Source: Ascidiella aspersa
Taxonomy: Eukaryota
DNA: 64,000 nt
Assembly (NCBI GenBank): GCA_963924565.1
Contig: OZ004608.1
Location: forward strand, 25,296,001-25,360,000
Reading direction: 5' to 3'
Shown here: one piece after another, positions 29,669 to 43,993 of the stretch
How positions within the stretch are numbered: the first letter of the stretch is position 1
How the letters are laid out: the number at the start of each line of letters is the position of its first letter
Notes under the pieces: model-generated
Told to the model about the DNA's origin: nothing
Database searches by the model: none
The model's input: only the letters and a program-made list of their open reading frames with translations
Translations under genes and position numbers: made by a program

Positions 29669-30058
29669 CAGTGGTTCTCAACCTTTTTGCTTACGAACCG
29701 GTAAAATTTTAAAACAAATTTTGCGGACCGGTGGACCTTTAAAATCAAAATCAACCCAAAGATTAATAACGCAACATTGTGGAACTAAAACACTTCTTAG
29801 CTTTCACATACAACTGGTCTTAAAGTTTAAGACTTAAACGAGTTGCAGCCTACTTTTAAACAGTTGGCCAAAACACTTTCAGCATTGTGACGTACAATGA
29901 AGTCAAAAGTAGACCATAAACTCTATGTTACGTCACAATGCTGAATTACGGGGCTGGCGAAGTTCCACATTTGATGGATCAGCCTTCAACATCTTGAATT
30001 TTGCAATTGTGATATGAAATTGTAATATATTTGGCGGACCGGCGGTTGAGAACCACTA
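29669..30058. mobile_element. hAT-type MITE (390 bp) about 220 bp upstream of the ADISSP start codon
   Basis: TIRs cagtggttctcaacc...ggttgagaaccacta; exact 8-bp TSD ggatagag (29661-29668, 30059-30066). Confidence 0.85.
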
Positions 30059-30855
30059 GGATAGAGAGTGAATATTTACCATTACCCCCGAAATTATAAA
30101 GTTGTAGTCTATATTCAAGTAAAAATATAACGACCCTAGTATGACCAAATACTGTAAGAAATTAGTAGGCTTGAGCTGGACACCAATTGTTATGATTCGC
30201 TGTCAAACGTTCCATCACATATTATTTTCAAAGTTACTCTCTTCCCGCCGCCACCCTTATCGAAAAGTGTGTTTGGCATAAGAAAATCCAATATACTTCT
30301 ACTTATTACTTTAAATGTAGAAGAGCCTGCATTATACAGGCGGTGTTTTCATATTAACAGTTCTAAACGAGTGTTTCTCAACCTTTTATGGCTAGCGGCA
30401 CCGCTGAGAAATAACAAATAGATTGCCGCACTCCTAAAGGATTTTTCCGTAGGTAGGGTATATACCAAGATGTGGGTGATCAAACGCATGCGTCATTCAT
30501 AGAACTCCTTTTTCATTCGGAAATAGCTATAGGCTACTGTGGTGAATATCCCGTTATCGCAATAAACCACCAACCGCTTTACTACAGTGGCTATCTAAAG
30601 GCTTCTCGGCTGTATTTTTTTGCTGTTAACACCTAAATAGGCCCACATATTTAATCTGAATTAGCAATGGAAGAAGGCTAATATAATTGAATTAATCTCC
30701 AATTCAATTTTGGCAACAAACACATTACCTAAAGAGACGACGTAGGCTAGCCTACAGCGACTTAACGGAATACAAAGAGGCCTAACGGAATACAAAAGCA
30801 TAGTAGAAAAATCAATTCCATACGGATTCAAATACCAACAACGTTATTGTGTTAA

Positions 30856-31521
30856 AGTGAATTTTCTTGATGTGAAATCAAATCTATAAAAAGAAATTCA
30901 ACACACATAGATCTATTGATGAATTTAATGCATTTGAAACGGAAGAAACGGACTCCTTAAAGTTAAAATCATAAAACTAAAAAAAATTTGACGAATTTAC
31001 ATTCAAGTTGGTTAAATCTATCAGAAGCCGAAACGTCTATCAGAACACCGAATGTGTTTTCGGGAACTTTTTTGAATGTTACTCGCACCTTTCGTTTGAT
31101 GAAAAAAAAATCTGTTGCAATTAGTCCGAGGTTTAGGCCTTTTGCAAACTAGATTTAATGGTCTCCATGCTAACTTGCTCCGCCGAGTTGAATTTTGTTG
31201 TTCATTGTCAACAAAACAAGTTAAGTAAAGTTAATAAATAACAAACTAAGGCGAGCTCCCCGACTACACTTAACAAAATTTTGTCCCTTGACAGGTTGGT
31301 GTTACGTATTGATGATGAACGGGTGAAACACAAGTGTACCGTAAACCGACCAGCACAGATAAGTCGTTCACTATTATTTTACGTCGCATCACTCACTGAG
31401 CCACAAACGTGCAGTCGTATATGCCTTAACGCAGTGAATTTTCTTGATGTGAAATCAAATCTATAAAAAGAAATTCAACACACATAGATCTATTGATGAA
31501 TTTAATGCATTTGAAACGGAA
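30856..31521 (+). repeat. 481-bp duplicated segment (30952-31432) flanked by an 89-bp direct repeat (30856-30944 and 31433-31521)
   Basis: The flanking repeats read identical by eye; the enclosed segment is nearly identical to 32806-33285. Confidence 0.9.
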
Positions 31522-32805
31522 ATCGTTCCATAGTTTGAATGTAATCACATGCGACAACAAATAATAAATAATTAAAAAATATTTCCTTGATTTTCTTGGC
31601 TTTTATTACATTTTATTACAATATACAGAGTAGGACGCTTTTGCACGGTGATTTTCATACAGCTTTTTACTTCGTTGTTCGTTTTGAATAGGGTGAACCA
31701 TGACAAAAAAGGTTGAAGACCACTGGAATAGCTTTTAGCATCTTTAGAACATTAAAAGTGTATATTATAACAGTGTTACGCATTGTATGAAGTGAGTTGC
31801 ATTGTTTGGTATGAAATATTTGTTACCCGAAAAATTTTGAATTTCTATACCAATAGTTCCTCCCATCTCGTATACAAGGTCAGTAAACTATTTAAAATAT
31901 TAACAATTTTAACAGAAGGTTTTTTTGGCGCATTCGTGGTATTTGCTGTATTAGGCCAGTAAACAAGGCAAAGAATTAAACAAATTGCAACAGTCGAAGG
32001 TTTTTTGTTGATTCGCGACAAAAAGAGTGCGAAAAACTACCAAAACTTGTCCCCAGAAAATATCCTATTTAACACTACGTCACAATGACGCCATCCATTT
32101 TTCTTATGCGCTAAAAATTCAAAATGGCTATAGGAATTCGAAATTGGTCTTATATTAAAAAAATACACAAAGGGTAAAAATAAAATCAATTGGACCAAGT
32201 AGATAAGTTCGAGTTATGAGGCCATAAATGCGTCACCAACAAAAACTTGCCATAAATGACTTTAACTTCCACTTGCCGTTGGAAGGTAGGTATGGCTAAA
32301 TATGTTTGCTCTACTCTTCAAGCACTGAACAATAAATAATTTGCAAATTGATGATACATAAGCGAACGTCTGACTTACATCAACACTTGCTACAGCCACG
32401 CTTGCATTAACCACATGAAATGGTGCAACTGTATACTTCCAGCAATGCTATCTGCAGGTACATTTTACAAGATAGCAGCATGAAATCCGTCATAACAAGC
32501 TTAATTAAGTCTCAAGCAATTATTATTGCGCATTGAATGAAATTTACGATCTTTTCGGTATTGTGTTTTTCCTCACAGACTTTCCCCAAAAAACGTTTCA
32601 CGAAACATTTCTTGGTGTCCCAATGATTCTGTGAAAATATTTCAATTTAACGCGTGTTCAATGAACATTCAGTGCTTCGAAGTTATGGCCCGCATCACCC
32701 GCGACCTCTTAAAAACAACTGTATAGCGAACATCTACAACGTAATAAAGTTCATTTTTCTTGAATCCTACTGTATAATTTAAAATCCTCAATTCCTAAAA
32801 TTTGA

Positions 32806-33285
32806 ACTCCTTAAAGTTAAAATCATGAAACTAAGAAAAATTTGACGAATTTACATTCAAGTTGGTTAAATCTATCAGAAACCGAAACGTCTATCAGAAC
32901 ATCGAATGTGTTTTCGGGAACTTTTTTTGATGTTATTCGCACCTTTCGTTTGATGAAAAAAAAATCTGTTGCAATTAGTCCGAGGTTTAGGCCTTTTGCA
33001 AACTAGATTTAATGGTCTCCGTGCTAACTTGCTCCACCGAGTTGAATTTTGTTGTTCATTGTCAACAAAACAAGTTAAGTAAAGTTAATAAATAACAAAC
33101 TAAGGCGAGCTCCCCGACAACACTTAACAAAATTTTGTCCCTTGACAGGTTGGTGTTACGTATTGATGATGAACGGGTGAAACACAAGTGTACCGTAAAC
33201 CGACCAGCACAGATAAGTCGTTGACTATTATTTACGTCGCATCACTCACTGAGCCACAAACGTGCAGTCGTATATGCCTTAACGC
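32806..33285 (+). repeat. Second copy of the 480-bp segment
   Basis: actccttaaagttaaaatc...cgtatatgccttaacgc, with only scattered substitutions against 30952-31432. Confidence 0.9.
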
Positions 33286-34923
33286 CCTTAACGAACCTAA
33301 CTAGACGCTCCATAAGCAATCCGGCAGACCTTGTCGACGAAATGACGCGAGTGTACACAGCCCTATAGGCCTACACCGAAATGAGAAGTCAAAATTGATG
33401 ATTCAAGAATCCCGGCATTAAACTTCTACTCGACGAAATGACAGCTCCCACGCCAATACAATCGGAAAACTTAAAATGATATATTTACAATGATATTTTA
33501 TGAGTTTGGTGCTTATACTTAATCTCCCTTTCGACTTTGGTGTAATGTTAAAAAGCATTGTTATATGTTTGTAGTTCCTGGTAATCAAGTCAGTCAAAAA
33601 AACTATTTATACCCGGCAAAAAAGGCTTAAAAAAAGTTTTAAATATTGTAGAAAGTTCATAGAATTTTTCTTAACCTGGATTATTAGATAAAGTCAAAAT
33701 ATCTGCCTTGATGAGATAGACGTTTTTTGCATTAATTAGACAGAAGGATGCTTCAAAACGCAAGTAAAACACCTCTGGGAACATGGGCACACCCAATGGT
33801 CTTGCGGCACACCACCTGTTTATAACCATGTAACTTAAATGTATATTTGCAATGGTACCTAGTGTAGTGCTATCGTGGTTTTCTTGTATGTATTGGCCTA
33901 CTGTTTTTTCAATTAAACCGTCAGACACAGTCGTTAAATTAGGACAATTTATTGTTTTTGGTTCAAATTTTAGGCCTTCTGGCAATCCTGGTTGACTGAA
34001 GCTAGGCTTGATTCATTAATTGAAAAGTGTAATGGTGACGTCATAAACGCGACAGGTTCACTGCAGCAAAAACCGCACAAAGACAAATGTTAGACCGGCG
34101 GTTCTTTTGCTCCTTCTATACTGCTGAACTGTTAGTTCATATTGCCTAATTCTTATGATTATTTCCTTGATGAAATTGTACATGGCGACCCCCCCCCCCA
34201 GACAGCCCTTTGCGACACCCTTGGGGGTCGCGACCCCCAGGTTGAGAACCACTGCCTTTAGGAGTCCGTTTTGCCCCGCCTTCTCCTACATGTTGCGAGA
34301 AGGCCTCATTGTCAGTTTCGTAAAACCATTAACATAGATGCCAAAAGAAATGTGTGTCGTAGAAACTCTTATTTTAACAAAAAAAAAATAAAATTATATA
34401 TGTTTTTAATTAATATTACCAAGGCGGCTTAAAAATGGTTAAACCTGATATAATTTAAACACCAGCTGTCTCGTCAAAAGTATAGCAACTTCAATCAGTT
34501 ACTAATTTTCCAGGCTAAACGTGAAAACGAAGAATTTACCCGGTTCCCCGAAAGTGTTTTTGTAACATTAGCCTATTTGATTGTTACAGGCAAATAAATT
34601 ATTTCGGCAAGCTATACCTAAAATCTACAAAATAAAGTAGTAATAAAAAAATTGATCAAATTTGAAGCCCACGCCACACAAAAACGGCATTTTTGTTATT
34701 GGCATACCGATCTTGCTTTATATTGCTCAAAGTTTTAAATTTATTTTGCGTTCGTATGGGTATTAAAATAAGTATAGTCTAATTTTTTTGACAATAGTTC
34801 GACCTGCTATTTATATATATAGTTCGATCTGCTGTATAGTTGATTGCAAAATCCAAGTTTGGACTAATTTTGAATAAATGTAAAGTGACATTTTAAATAA
34901 ATGTCAACTGATAAATGTAAATT

Positions 34924-37900
34924 TCATTCAACATGTTCTTCAACACGTTGATTCTTGAAATGCATCATTGTCCCGTTTAGCATTGTTTTGTGGCGAAAGA
35001 ACTTCTTGCTGGTTTCGAGGTACTTCTGAATTTCTATCACTGATTTGCTTAGGGTTTCCGGTACAAAAAACGCTATGTAGAAAATCTGCAAAATATGAAA
35101 TGAAAAAACAATGATGAAAAGATATATCAAATAAAAAACCTGGAGGTAAAACAGTTTATCTAATTCTAATCTATGTTTAGTTTTGGATGCTTGCTATAAG
35201 AAACGTTGTTCGAAACGAGAGAATCGACTGATTTTAATGATTCAATAAATAAAAGTTTTTATTACTATGGCGTTACTTGAATTTTTTCTTATTACTATGG
35301 TGTTAACTGGACTTGGCTTGTTATAATAAGACATAGACTGGGTTTTAAAATGGGTAACTCACAATTTTAACTAAGAATAATTGGCGTCTTTAAAAAATAT
35401 TGCATTATTGGAATAAATGATACCACATTTATTCTTTGACTTATATTTTTTATACCGTTTTGTGTATAATAATGTTGCGCGACACTTATATTTGTGATCG
35501 CTTGATTCAACCGACATTTAGATAAATCATTAGGTAATCTCAACTAAATATAGGGAGGGCATAACATTATCGACATCAGATTTGGATCAATTGTAATTTG
35601 TAATTGATATAATTAATTACGGTTTTTAAAGTAATTGTAATGTAATTGATGCATTTTTATTCTGTAAAATTCCAACTGTAAATGTAATTTGCTAACATTT
35701 TGGCTAAATTCATTGATACTGAAACAAACTTAATTTGAAGTTTCCATAATGTTTCACGTTGTTTATTTTCTTTTGGGAAGCGATGAGCCATAAACTGTTT
35801 TCCGCAGCAATAGAAAACTTAGAAAACGTTAATTGCAATTTTCTAATTGTAATTGATGTAATTGATGTAATTAACTACCGTTTTTAATGTAATTGAAACA
35901 TTTAATTTTCGACAACTGTGATTTTTTTAAAATTATCAGTCTTCGTGTGCCCTGACAATGCAGCATTTACCTCAGCGACGACTAGAAGCAGAAAAGGCAG
36001 ATATGCCAGTCCTCCCCAAGCTTCCGGAGTGAAGGGGATCACAAAAGTGACGCCTGCGCCGGAAAAACAGAACACAATGCCGGACATCCTCAAGGCATTG
36101 GGGGGACCAATCGAGACCCCGACGATAACCATTAACATTGAGGCGACAGCCAAGTATTTCATGCCTGAGATTCGATCGCTGGTAGATGTGGAGACGATAA
36201 GAAGCCAAAACCCGATCGAGCAGATTACCAAACCTGGCAAAAGCATCTTGCGAGATTCGACTCTAGTTAGCAAGGTGGTCAAGAGAGCTGTGGTCATCGA
36301 CATAGGCACGAATATACTTAATTAAAATATGATTTTCTGTGTTTAGTTGTCGTTACTTTTGATTAATTAGTATCTAATGTGTCGACAAGCAAATCAGCTT
36401 GAACTATTTATCATTGTTTTAGCAATTTAAATATAAAGTAAATTACAGCTAATTTTTATATAGGGATATTTTGAACGTTCTGTCATTTAGAATAGCTATA
36501 GAGTCGCTTTAAACCAACTCTGTGCAAATTGCCCGATTTGTTCACATATCGTTATTGCGAGTTGCCAAGCACTAAAATCCACTCTTGGTGCCAAAGCCCA
36601 GAAGTGTCGAACTTTGACTCACAAAATGTCAATGCGCTTATATCTCGTAGATCGTAAGAGAGACTATCATGTGGGCGCAACGCGAATACGTACATAGATT
36701 ATTTGGTACATGAACTATAATTAAGACAATTTGTTTTTCTAAAGATGGCTGCAGATTTTGGCATTTTCAATAACCTATGTTGTTAAAAGTAGAATTCTTC
36801 TGGTCAATTCCAGCTGCTTCAAATAGTGTGTATACTGAAATACAGCCTGTACTCCCGCGGCCTGAGGTGCAAACTGCAGGAGCACAACGGCGATAAGCTG
36901 ACGCCTATTTTTTTTTTTGGGCCAGTTGTCAATTTTTGACGCACCGAGGCTCGTTCCATATGCTCGTCGGCCTCCATCTCAGCCTTCCGGGCCTCGTGCT
37001 CTCTCAACACTTCTTCATCAGATCCGACCCCCATCCGACGAAGTAGTTTTAGCGACGGCGGATTTTCCTTCGCCGCTTTCACTCCTGCAATCTCGGCGCT
37101 CCGTTCCTGCTTCAATTTCCATGTGACCGTGTGTGGTATCCAGGGAAGACAAACAAGATAAAATAGCGAAAACAACCCTGGAATGGCTAGTAGTATCGGC
37201 CATGTTGTCGCGCTACCTAGAACAGCCGGGTGGCGTAAACCGTTCACCACTCCAGCGCTTATCTGCATTAACCAGCCAGGCAAAGTTTGGTAGAAGGCAG
37301 AGGTTTTTCGTTAAGCCAGCTCTGCTACGAAAAATGGTGCAACCCTGAAAGACGTTCCTCGCGCGATGCCGTTGAGTAAGCGACCGATTATGAGTGTCTC
37401 GTAGGAGTTGACCAGATAATTAAGCCACTGGTGACATGATTTGCGTTGAAAGTACAAAAGCTACGTGAATGATCGTCATGACTCCTCGTCGACTGAAACG
37501 TATAGGCAAAATAAAATGTCAAATAACGACAGAAAAATGCAATGTAATGCAATATTAAATGTGTTGTTTAGCTAAAGTGAAATAATAGAGAATGGCGGTA
37601 GGTGTAAATAAAATATTGACCCGTGAAAGAAACATCACTAAAAATTTTCACTTATATCGGTGGCAATACCAAGCGGAAGTTTCAGTACTAGTCCGATCAT
37701 ACAGCACTGATATCAAATCGCTATAGTAATTTGTACTATGATTTTGCGTTCAGATTTGCGATTAACAAATATAAATAACATTTAAAAAAAATCGAAAATA
37801 TCGTTAAAGATGTACCAATAATTGAAATATATATAACAGATGGACCACTAGTTAAATGTATATTTTTTCATTCGCATAAATAGCCTATTTTTGGTATATT

Positions 37901-39335
37901 AAAACTCTTCAATTGAAAGGATTTCAATACATAACTTTTCCTAATATGTGTTTTTTAATTAGAATTTTGTTTAAAAATAGTGCTAAATATTATTTTGTTA
38001 GAAGCTGGTGTTCAATTGAAATGAAGACCTAATACGTCGAAACAATAGATTTAAAATATATTTTACTTTTTTCATGTGGATACGCCATTGCCTTTACAGA
38101 ACGCATGAAGTGTAATATATCTCGTTTATCCCGCTAACTTTGAAGAAAGCCTTAGAACCAGTAATCAACAAAACCAAACCTTCAAGTTATCCAGCTTACA
38201 GAAAAGGTATCAAAACACTAGGACGCAAAGTATACTTGGGCATATAGCAATAGTTCTAATTCATGCAATGTATCTCAAAAGTAGCAGTAACTTTCCTACT
38301 GTATATAACACGGATATGAGTATCCTCGCAAATTTGTAATGCCTGTTAATATATAACAAAGAAGTTTCCACAAATCAAACCTTAAAGTTTGAACCCAAAA
38401 CCTGCTGGTGGTGGCACCTAAAGCTGATCGGACGATAAGCATCGATTGGTTTAACGTTATAATTCAATCCATTAAGTTCTTGGACGCTGGAATACCAAAA
38501 CGTATCTCTAAGAATATACATGTTTTTATTCAGGAGACAATACATTGTTGTGGACGGTGAATGGATTTTATTTTTAGCAGCTCTGGGACTTAGCTTATAT
38601 TTATGATGAGTAGCCTATGCGACATAACGTTCAGCACATATTGCGTTAGTTAAAATAATGTACTTTCTTTTCTTGTTTTAATATTGGCCTTTAGATTAGA
38701 ATATCGGTGTATATTTATCGATAGTTTCCTTTTCGACATTATGTTTGATTGTATATCATGTCATTTAAAGAGATAACGTTGATAATTACTGCCAAGAGAT
38801 ATTTTCTTAAGTTTCCTTCTTGCACACTATTTCAACAGATACATGCATAAAAAAAAATATATATATATATTCTTTTTGTCGCTGTTTAAAATGGCAGTGT
38901 TAAGTTGTATCCAATTTAAAAAAGTCGTGGAAGCACTGGCATAGGCAGGTTACAGCAACAATAATATATTTGGATTTTTAAAATGGTGGTTTAATTTAAT
39001 ATTGTTTTAAAATGGTGGTTTAAATAATATTTATTTATTTTACAAAATTATAGATTTGCTTTATCAGCTTTTTTTGCGATTGAAACGAGTGTAATCAACC
39101 ACTTAAAATCTGCGATGCGTAGAAGTAACACTTGTAACTTCCATTAAAAACCAATCAATTAAAGAAAAAATAAAATAAAGCAGTATTTTTAATGATATCA
39201 TTACTCTAGTTTGTCGTGGCAAATCGGAGTAATAGGATTGATTGCTTTTAAATTAAATCCCATGTTTACCCACACCGACATTTGAGTAAGAATAATGATT
39301 AAAATACATGAGCCAGAGTTGATTCTCTCCATCAT
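34924..39335 (-). pseudogene. SLC2A/GLUT-like transporter pseudogene (tandem duplicate of 43994-47698)
   Basis: Same 5-exon layout as the intact copy. In-frame TGA at 38464-38466, 4-nt insertion giving TAA at 37420-37422, TAA at 37311-37313, poly-A frameshift near 36910, and a 13-codon deletion in exon 4 (GP..RPNAL becomes GPPNAL). Confidence 0.9.
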
Positions 39336-42300
39336 GATTAAATTTTTATAACTGAAACAACAGCAAGTCGATCTTGATGTTTAAACAAACCAACGAATTT
39401 AATCCCCCTTTTATAGTAGAAAACAATTTTTAGATATGTATTTTAGGCAGACAACATCGCGAAAACATTTTCAGGATTGTTTTTATGATTTGTCTCAAAG
39501 TGTGACTTGAATTTCGCAAGTTCTCAACCAACTTCCGTTTGGAGAACAATTTGCGACCTCGTCTGCTGTTTTTCGTTCGCCAAGTTTTTTGTAAATTAAA
39601 GGATAACACATTTTAAACTAGTTCGTTCCATTACAAACGGTTACGCTAAAACAAAAGCATAATTAGATCACAAAACATTTTTTATTTTAAGTTGTAACCC
39701 AGAAGCATCTACAGTTCTGTTGTATTGGATTATCCCGCTCTGACTGTCTCTCTTCACAAATTCTTAGCGATACACAAATCGGTTGCTAAACAAACCGTAT
39801 AGCGTTATAAATAGGTTTGCAACTGTGCGATGCTCTTTGTTTAATTCTATACCTCTAAGTCACGGATGGAAGGATGCACATGAGTTAACATCTTTCCCTA
39901 ATTGCAATTTACACACTGTAGCATGACCGGCTATTTTTCAAAACAGCCATTTTCGCCCTGAAGGAAACACATTATCCATTTTTTGATAGACTCGCTTTTT
40001 AGTAGTTCTTATAATTCGGCGTTATTAAACTGTGAAATAACCTACAAATTATCATAGAATTACATTATGTCTATTTAATTAACAATGGATTTTTTACGTA
40101 AACAGTGCCTATATTTGTCTTGTTAAAGGTTAATACATTTAATTTTAATGTCACAAATACACCCATACCAGCGGCGGATCCCGGGACTTGGCACCAAGCA
40201 ACTTTACAAAATGATTGTTTTGTCAACTTTAATTAAATGAACGTTAAAAAATCCTCGCGCTAACCCTGTTTTTCTATTTGTTAGATATAACTCTCCATGA
40301 AAATCCTTTAGCCAAAAGCGTATTGTGCATTATTAAATGCCTAAAACGAACTAATTATTCCTTAATCTATATTTTATAACAATCTATATTAGTATTAATA
40401 GGCTAATCTCACAATCGTATTTTTTTTATTTAAATTTCTCTATTATGCAAGAAAGGAAAAACGACAAAAATGGAGGACATTTAGACATATACAGTTTACT
40501 ATGTTAATTAAAACATGTAGCAGGCCTTATTGTAGTTTCTTAAGCCCGATTTGGGAGAGACTGTTTAGCACAAAAGCGCCGTGAGCAGTCCATGCCAACT
40601 TACCATTACATAGCTGGCAGCGTTTTGTTCGTCAAACACATCCTGGTGTTAACTTAAGTGTATAGTGGCTCGCACTAGACTAGACATATGCCAAAATAAT
40701 CATCCCCTGTATAATCCTGTATAACACTATACTCTTAGTAAAGTTTGTTTATAAATGACTATAGTGACAATGCTTTAAATTTTTAAAAAGAAGGTCTTGC
40801 AGTTCGCGTATTAAAAAACATATTTTTTGGCGTAGGCAAGGCTGGTGCTAACTTTATGTTACGGGATGTAGCAATTACATGTATGAACAGAATTCAGCAG
40901 GCGACTGTGATTTGTTAATTCGGTATAGCGACGTTCCCGTTTTGGTCGAGGTCATGAATTCGACTTTCACCGGAAGCTATTTTTCTACCAGGCTGATATT
41001 ACAATTCTGATTTCGACAGAATAACCTTTGTGAAGCCACCCGGTAACTAATGTTTACTTCTGTTTGTTGAATTTTACACAATCTGAAAAAATACTCGTTA
41101 TGTTGAAGTACCCCACTTATTTTAGATATCAACCGCTATATTGTACAGGATGTATAAGGGGTTTGCTTAGAGGGGCCATGAAAAAAACAATCCAGAGATG
41201 ATGTCACAAAGTTTCGCCATAAGGTGCCGTCACAATTTACGTAAATCGTGACGTCAAAATATAAAATGTGACAATTTTAAACCAACACATGCTTTCATTT
41301 TTTGTTACACATTAAACAAGAATTGTGTTATTTCCAAAACTAAAGCCACGTTATTAAGATGTTATTGATTCTTGAAAGATGCTAAAATTTTATTTTAATG
41401 GGTCCGATGAGACTTACGACGCCTTTGAGCTAAAAGACATACGAGAATCATGAGCAAGAATGTTATGTCAGAACGTTGTGCTAGTTAAAATTGGCAACAC
41501 ATAACCTGGTTTGTAACAATACAAAGTTAATTATTTTCTAAATGTCTACCAACAAGCGCCACTCGGGACATCTATTTTGTGGCATCATTTATAGCAGAAG
41601 CCCTTTGCTGTGTTTACAGAAAACTAATTCATCTTGTTTTACTGTAAAACTGTATAGGCTAATTTATAAACTACTCTATAGGCTACTTATTATAGTTTGA
41701 CTTGAATTTGTAAACTACCTTGATTATTACAATCCAAATGGCTTGACTTTCAATTGACTTGCTAAGGTTAACAATTTAACTGGGTCTTCATTTATTAAAC
41801 ATACTTTAAAGGGTTACTTGCCTTTTAAATAAACCGTAAATAAAACATGTTTACTTAGCCATTGTCCAAGGTAAAACTTTAAAATATGAACGGTTTTATG
41901 AACTTTCTGAATTTTTAATTCTTTGGAGTTGGTATCGACAACCATGTGCAAGGGTCAAGGCAATTTCCAACATGATATATTCAGTTAAACAAGTTTAATT
42001 GGTAATCTAGTTTTGAAGGAATTTGAATAGGAATAAGCCCTAAATATCGTAATTATGTTCATATTTTAAACACGCAAAAACCAGTTTGCAGCACCATAAA
42101 ATGCATTCAAATATACCGTACTAAGTTGGCGATGAACGGCGCCCTTAAGCTGAAACGATTTTCTCAAACGCAAATATATGAAATATGTAAATAGGTTTCG
42201 CGTGGAGTGTTTTATATTCACATACGTAGTTAAAACACACAAAAAACACAGGAACCGGCTTACTGCCCAGTTTGCAAAAGAGCTGACGAGCTGGAGGATT

Positions 42301-43993
42301 TACATTACCGGGCCGTAAGCTGCCCACCCCTGATCTAATAAACTAAGATTCTAGATTATATAATCAATAAGCCGACCACACAATTAAATTAACAACTTGG
42401 TCAGTTAAATATTGATAAATGACAAAACTAAGTCCGATTCGCGGTAGTATTTTTATTACACATTTTATCAAAGGACGGCGTATTTATGTCAACCTATTCT
42501 AGTCCAGTGGTTCTAAACCAGGGGAGGGTAAGCTAACACAAATCATCCGGCCCGCGGCCTATTTTGCACTCCTCGCAGTTTTGGGGCTATAACCACCTAA
42601 AAGCAAAATTTGTCAAATCTTGTTCCTCTATCGAGTGTAACATGAGCTTAGCTCAGTGGTTCTCAACCCTTTATGCTTCGTGGCCCCTTTCAAAGGAAAC
42701 GCCTTTATAACGAAACTCACGACACCGTTGGGCTAAAGTGATTTTTTACTCCGCTAAGACATACTAGAAACATAAGTCATGCTATTCTGTCGAAAAGGGT
42801 TGCTTTTACGTGGTTAAAATAGGCAAAAGGTATAGTTTAAGGTTGGAATGGCTATGTGCCCTTAAACCCTTGATACTGTAATACATCACTTCGGGGTCAT
42901 TGCATAGGTAAGGGTACGTCGTAATTTTGCCTGACATGTCAGTTAATTTAGTGATTAAATCTGCGCCAGGGAGAAACGCAATAATGTTCTTAACAGACCG
43001 GGAGTTTTAATATAGGCAATGATTTCACATATATTTACCCGATATTAGCAAATCTTCAGTAAAAAGTTGTTAAATTTCTAATTATTATGTATTTTTCAAA
43101 AGTCGCTACTTGTGGTTGTTGCATTTTCATAAAACAATTTGAATCAAGATAAATGCGATGTATAATTTTTAGAGTTTGAGCAAAAGTGTTTTAATTCGAA
43201 AACTTGTTTTTGTGCAGCCAAACACCTCTGGAGTTAATAACAGTCACAACTCGCTCTTCTGAACAATGAATCTTTCCAACTTAAAGTTGCACCACCTCTC
43301 AACTGATTTCGCGCTAATTGATTTTATATTAAAAATTCCAAAATAGATTTATGAATAAAATTAGTGAATTGACTTGCTTATGTAAGATATCACAAGCTAA
43401 GTTTTGAGCATAATTTTAGCAAAAAAATTTTGCTGCAACTCTGCTTATATAGGCCTACGCCAAAAATATCTAACAAGAAATTACTTTCCAGATGTTAAAG
43501 AGAATTGATGGAGAGGTTATTCAGTTCTGCTAAAAGTTAAAGTAATAAAAGTGTTTGCGTTTATTAGTAAAAAATCAAGATAAAAAGACCAATATGTACG
43601 AAGCGGGGTCGTCCAAGTGCAATTAGCATGTCAAACGCACCTTTCTATCAAATGGCAAGCCGTTTCAAATAGCGTTATTAAAACAACACATGGCAACACT
43701 CAATTCGATAAAAGTTGCCCGATATGCTGCTGTGTCAATTGCAGAACAACGTTATTTCACGCCTATATTGGCCGATAAATGCAAATATATCATTCCACGT
43801 ATATAAACTGTTGCTACCAGACATAGTAATATAAAAAAATAGCTCCTTTGGTAATTGTATTTTTTTACCAACGTTTCGGGAACCTATGCAAATCGCCTTC
43901 GTCAGGGTGAATGACACCAAACGTTCGTACAATACATGGAAAACACACAAACGAAAAAAAATTAGCAGAGGAGCTGTTTTTTTGATATATATA

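Noticed and set aside
30370-31725. Single large hAT element enclosing the templated insertion
   Set aside because: TIR-like ends are present but no matching 8-bp TSD, so the ends may belong to different elements.
36819-38466. Stop-codon recoding in the second transporter copy
   Set aside because: Stops co-occur with frameshifts and deletions, and neighbouring genes use standard stops; it is a pseudogene.
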